Assembly (NCBI GenBank): GCA_964502005.1
Contig: CAZCUX010000029.1
Coordinates: 1 to 32,467, forward strand
Origin: an uncultured Enterobacterales bacterium
GTDB lineage: Bacteria; Myxococcota_A; UBA796; UBA2385
Length of the DNA stretch: 32,467 bases
Direction: 5' to 3'
Under the pieces are notes generated by a model that saw only the letters and a list, made by a program, of their open reading frames with translations, made no database searches and had not been told where the DNA came from. A program made the translations under genes and the position numbers. This document shows, in pieces, positions 29,262 to 32,467 of the stretch. Each line of letters starts with the position of its first letter. Position 1 is the first letter of the stretch.

Positions 29262-31397
29262 TCAGGGGGCACGTTGCGCCGGAGCAATGGATTGGGGATT
29301 TTCGCTTGCCCCTTCTTCGGCGGGCTTCGTGGGGTCTGCGGATTGGATTCGTTGGTGGAGATCGAAGACGGACATGAAATAGCGGCGCGGCATCTCCTGC
29401 GTTGGGAGCTGTACCTCGCGGCTCGCCCAAGGAATCCAAGCGGGTCCATCGGGAAAGCGTCCGGCGCGGCCGGGCCAGTCAAAGGCCTCCAACTCAACCA
29501 TCTCGGTTGGTTGTACGCCAAGTTGTTCGGTCAGCAAACGAACGACGTGGTTGTAGAGCGCGGGTCCGGCGGGAGGGTCGAGGAGGTAGTAGCCTCGCTC
29601 ATGCACGATAAGATAGCGATAGTCGCCATTTTCGATGACAGCATCCAGCCCTTCGCGGGTGAGGGACCGCACGGCCTCGTCGGCGGCCATCGGTTCACGG
29701 GAAAGTTGGGTGAACACGGGCTCTGCGGGGTCTACACGGGGTTCTGCCTTGGCCAGCCAGCGGAGGCGCTGGCCAGACATGCCGCCGCCTTTTCTGCGGA
29801 GGTCGGGCGGAATGGCGGGCGATGTGGCCCAGGACCGGTAGACTTTCTGTTGGTGAATTCGCTGGTAGGCGCAGATGAGGTCTTGTTGTTGTTCGAGAGG
29901 TAGCTCGATGATTCCCTCTTGCGAACTTGGGTCGATTGTAGTATAAAAATCGGGAACCCGCATGGCGCTTAGCTCTGTGGGGATGCGCCACATTTCTGGA
30001 CGGACATTGTCGGAGGCGTCGTCGAGGTCAAACCGGTAGAACATTTGGAGGGTGATGGCGGCGCCTGCCAAGAATGCAACAAAACGGCGTGGCCATCGAC
30101 GCAAAGGATGGAGTGACAGTGCCAACAACGCGACCGATGCGACGACAACCATTGCCCCCATTCGGTAGGGGGCGAACATTCGGGACATTCCGGGCACAAA
30201 CTGGAACATCCAAGCATACGGCAAGCGCACCACAAACTCGCCCAGTCGAATGACTTCGCTTGTGTCTTTGAGGGCGCCAATCTTGAGGAAAGGGCCCAAG
30301 GTGCCGGCAAAAAAGACCGTCCAAACGAGCAGCCAGCCCCATGCTTCTCGGCGACGTACCGCGGGCAGCACGCCCAATAAAAATGCCATCGCTGGAAGCG
30401 CCAACACACCGTGTCTTGGGTTGATGACGTAGTCGGCGGGCCAAGCGGACTCGATGGTTCGGTGCAGCGAGCTGAGGACGTTTTCGCGGTATCGGGATGG
30501 ACGAAGGGGGGCGTTGGCAATCGTGTCGTAGTCGGGAAACGGCAAGAAAAACGTAAGTTCGGGCAAGCGTGCGACGCCGCCTCCGCCGGTATCTTCACTT
30601 CCGCTCGACAAATATGGGCTGACGAAGAGCAGCACACCCACGATGGCCGTCACTGCGGCGGGGAGGCCAAATCGGGCCACGCGGCGCAGCGTAGGGCGGT
30701 CGCGCCAAGCGAGCACGCCCAAGTGGAGAACGGTGAACATCGCGGCAAACAGGCCATAGAACCAATAAAATGCCGAGATCGCAACAAAGCACAAGCCGGC
30801 CGCCACCCCGGACATACGGCCCCCCGTTCGCCACGCGCGGGTCAAAAACACGGGGTACAGCAGCATCCACCACAACAAAATCTGGCGCAGGCCGGTTTTG
30901 TTGATGTCCTGCACGACGATAGGATTGAGAATCGCCAGAGTACCTGCGGCGATCGCAAGAAGGCGGCCGTTGGTCAAAGAACGGGCCAAGGCGTAGCCAC
31001 ACATCCCGTTGCCAACAAGGATGATGAGCACCTTCAGGTTGTGTCCGGCGATTGGACCCGCGAGGGTCTCGAGGGGGTAGCTCAACAGCAGAATGTCAAG
31101 GATGTTGCCGGTTTCCGGGTATCGGCCGAGGCTGAACAGCAGGCGCAGTTGGTCGAGCAAGCCGAGGTTGGAGGCGCCAATGGCGTCAATCTCCTCGGAG
31201 TGCCACCAAGTGCGCCACATCCAGCCGCCCAGCTCGCCGCCGCCCAAAATGACTTCGTCCAACGCGAGCACCGCCGGCCACGTCAACGCAGCGGCGAGAA
31301 CCAAGTACACGAGTGCGGCAACGGAGACTTCGGTAGCGCCACGCCGGAGGCGGTGCCAGTCGAAGCCGTAGTACCATTCGAGGATGGTCAGGAGCAT
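29262..31397 (-). CDS. Large polytopic membrane protein (about 12 TM segments plus a soluble C-terminal domain). Possibly a GT-C-type glycosyltransferase-like protein
   Basis: 711-aa ORF with many hydrophobic segments in residues 20-470 and a hydrophilic tail. No family recognised with certainty. Its N-terminal region resembles the divergent plus-strand gene at 31440. Confidence 0.65.
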   Translation of the reverse strand: MLLTILEWYYGFDWHRLRRGATEVSVAALVYLVLAAALTWPAVLALDEVILGGGELGGWMWRTWWHSEEIDAIGASNLGLLDQLRLLFSLGRYPETGNILDILLLSYPLETLAGPIAGHNLKVLIILVGNGMCGYALARSLTNGRLLAIAAGTLAILNPIVVQDINKTGLRQILLWWMLLYPVFLTRAWRTGGRMSGVAAGLCFVAISAFYWFYGLFAAMFTVLHLGVLAWRDRPTLRRVARFGLPAAVTAIVGVLLFVSPYLSSGSEDTGGGGVARLPELTFFLPFPDYDTIANAPLRPSRYRENVLSSLHRTIESAWPADYVINPRHGVLALPAMAFLLGVLPAVRRREAWGWLLVWTVFFAGTLGPFLKIGALKDTSEVIRLGEFVVRLPYAWMFQFVPGMSRMFAPYRMGAMVVVASVALLALSLHPLRRWPRRFVAFLAGAAITLQMFYRFDLDDASDNVRPEMWRIPTELSAMRVPDFYTTIDPSSQEGIIELPLEQQQDLICAYQRIHQQKVYRSWATSPAIPPDLRRKGGGMSGQRLRWLAKAEPRVDPAEPVFTQLSREPMAADEAVRSLTREGLDAVIENGDYRYLIVHERGYYLLDPPAGPALYNHVVRLLTEQLGVQPTEMVELEAFDWPGRAGRFPDGPAWIPWASREVQLPTQEMPRRYFMSVFDLHQRIQSADPTKPAEEGASENPQSIAPAQRAP

Positions 31398-31439
31398 ATT
31401 CGAACCGTAGCACTCCCGTCTCCTTCAGAGCGTATCCTG

Positions 31440-32467
31440 ATGTTTGCGAATGCCGACCGTCCGCACCTGTGGCCTATTCTCGGAAGCGTAGCGATGGGCG
31501 CGCTGGCCGTTGGGGTGGTGCTTTGGCCTGTGCTTTTCACGTCGGAGCTTATGGTTCTTGGGCATCCTGAGGGGGAGGCCCTCGCCCACTTGTGGGGGTT
31601 AGAGGTCGCGGCGGAGGGGGTCTTGCGCCATGGGCCGTTTTTGCGGGTCAGCGCCTTGGCCAACGCGCCGGAAGGCTTTTCGGCGGACCTCATCGACCCT
31701 GTGCATGTGCTCCCGTTTTGGGTATTGCGCGCCCTCACCGGGCATGGGGCGCGGGCGTGGGCGTTGCTGCCAGCGCTTTGGACCGCGCTCGGCGCGCTGG
31801 GCGCGCATCGCCTTGCACGACGAATGGCGGTTTCGCCAACTTGGCTGGTCGCGGCCTGGGTCCTTTCGCCGGCGTGGTTGGGCGCGCTCGTACCGGCGGG
31901 GCGCAGTGAATACTGGGCGTGGATGGCGTGGCCTTTGGTGCTTTCGCTGTCGATGGCGGCGGCGGACCAGCCATCGAAGGGGCGCGTGCTCCGCGCTGGC
32001 TTGGCCTGGGCGCTGGTCGCGCTGGGCGGCTGGCCTGCGTTGGTGCTCGGTGCGCCCTGGATGGTGATGTTGGGTGCGCTCACGCTGCGAGAGCGGCGAC
32101 AGGCCCTTGTGTGGTTGGCGGTGGTGGTGCTCGGCGCCCTCCTGTGTGTTCCGGCGCTGTGGGTGCAGCTATCGCACGAGCCGTGGTGGTTGGAACGCCT
32201 CGCCGCTCCATCGCCGTTTTCGATGCGACCGTTGGGCACCGACCCTTCTGGCTTGTGGACCGGGATTCCAGCCGACACACCCGGCGACCGCGGGCCTTCC
32301 GTGGTGCCGCCGTTGTTGCTGTTGGCGGTGGTCGCTGCATTTCGGCGACCGCGGGTTGTCGTATCTTGGCTCCTGGTGGGGCTTTGTATGCTGGTCGCGG
32401 CGGTGGGTCCGGCGGTGCGGATTGGCGACACGGACTATTGGGCGCCGTGGGCGGTGGTGCTGCATGG
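31440..32467 (+). CDS. Polytopic membrane protein, 5' part (gene continues beyond window end). Paralog of the 29262..31397 gene. Absent from the ORF track because no stop lies in the window
   Basis: Frame 0 (mod 3) is open from ATG 31440 to the window end (342 codons) and translates to a hydrophobic, Trp-rich protein (MFANADRPHLWPILGSVAMGALAVGVVLWPVLF...LIDPVHVLPFWVLRALTGHGARAWALLPALWTALGALGAHRLARRM...). The antisense track ORF 31388..32431 is R/S/T/A-rich junk. Alternative start at ATG 31494. Confidence 0.5.
   Translation, partial: MFANADRPHLWPILGSVAMGALAVGVVLWPVLFTSELMVLGHPEGEALAHLWGLEVAAEGVLRHGPFLRVSALANAPEGFSADLIDPVHVLPFWVLRALTGHGARAWALLPALWTALGALGAHRLARRMAVSPTWLVAAWVLSPAWLGALVPAGRSEYWAWMAWPLVLSLSMAAADQPSKGRVLRAGLAWALVALGGWPALVLGAPWMVMLGALTLRERRQALVWLAVVVLGALLCVPALWVQLSHEPWWLERLAAPSPFSMRPLGTDPSGLWTGIPADTPGDRGPSVVPPLLLLAVVAAFRRPRVVVSWLLVGLCMLVAAVGPAVRIGDTDYWAPWAVVLH

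Noticed and set aside
31388-32431. 347-aa minus-strand ORF, and 31630..32067(+) in another frame
   Set aside because: R/S/T/A/P-rich low-complexity translation. The plus-strand frame starting at 31440 instead gives a coherent hydrophobic membrane protein paralogous to the neighbouring gene.

Overview
High-GC (about 65-70%) bacterial chromosomal window covering the replication-origin neighbourhood. The minus strand carries the classic rpmH-rnpA-yidD-yidC-jag(khpB)-mnmE cluster. The plus strand carries dnaA-dnaN-recF-gyrB. Gene content (TSP3/OmpA lipoprotein, TPR proteins, paired ArsA-like ATPases, PAS hybrid kinase) and the high GC suggest a Myxococcota-like or similar deltaproteobacterial genome; this is inference only.

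Left of the ori cluster, on the minus strand, lie a gshB-TPR operon and an operon of a type-II sulfide:quinone oxidoreductase (SQR) with an unusual five-fold tandem DUF1641-like protein.

Right of gyrB lie fabH, a translationally coupled pair of ArsA/Get3-like ATPases, a convergent PAS hybrid histidine kinase and a small outer-membrane beta-barrel protein. Further right are a stand-alone cNMP-binding protein plus an esterase, a lipoprotein / TSP3-OmpA lipoprotein operon, and two divergently oriented paralogous polytopic membrane proteins.

The most notable non-coding signal is the likely oriC in the dnaA-dnaN spacer, preceded by an intrinsic terminator. It holds DnaA-box-like sites, a recurring TGTCCCCA / GTTGTCCCCAAC motif shared with the rpmH-dnaA spacer, and an AT-rich unwinding element flanked by CGATCGATCG palindromes.

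Two real-looking genes are missing from the ORF track because they run off the window ends (1..369 minus; 31440..32467 plus).

Many long ORFs in the track are antisense artefacts typical of high-GC DNA. No CRISPR array, tRNA, rRNA or obvious mobile element was seen.
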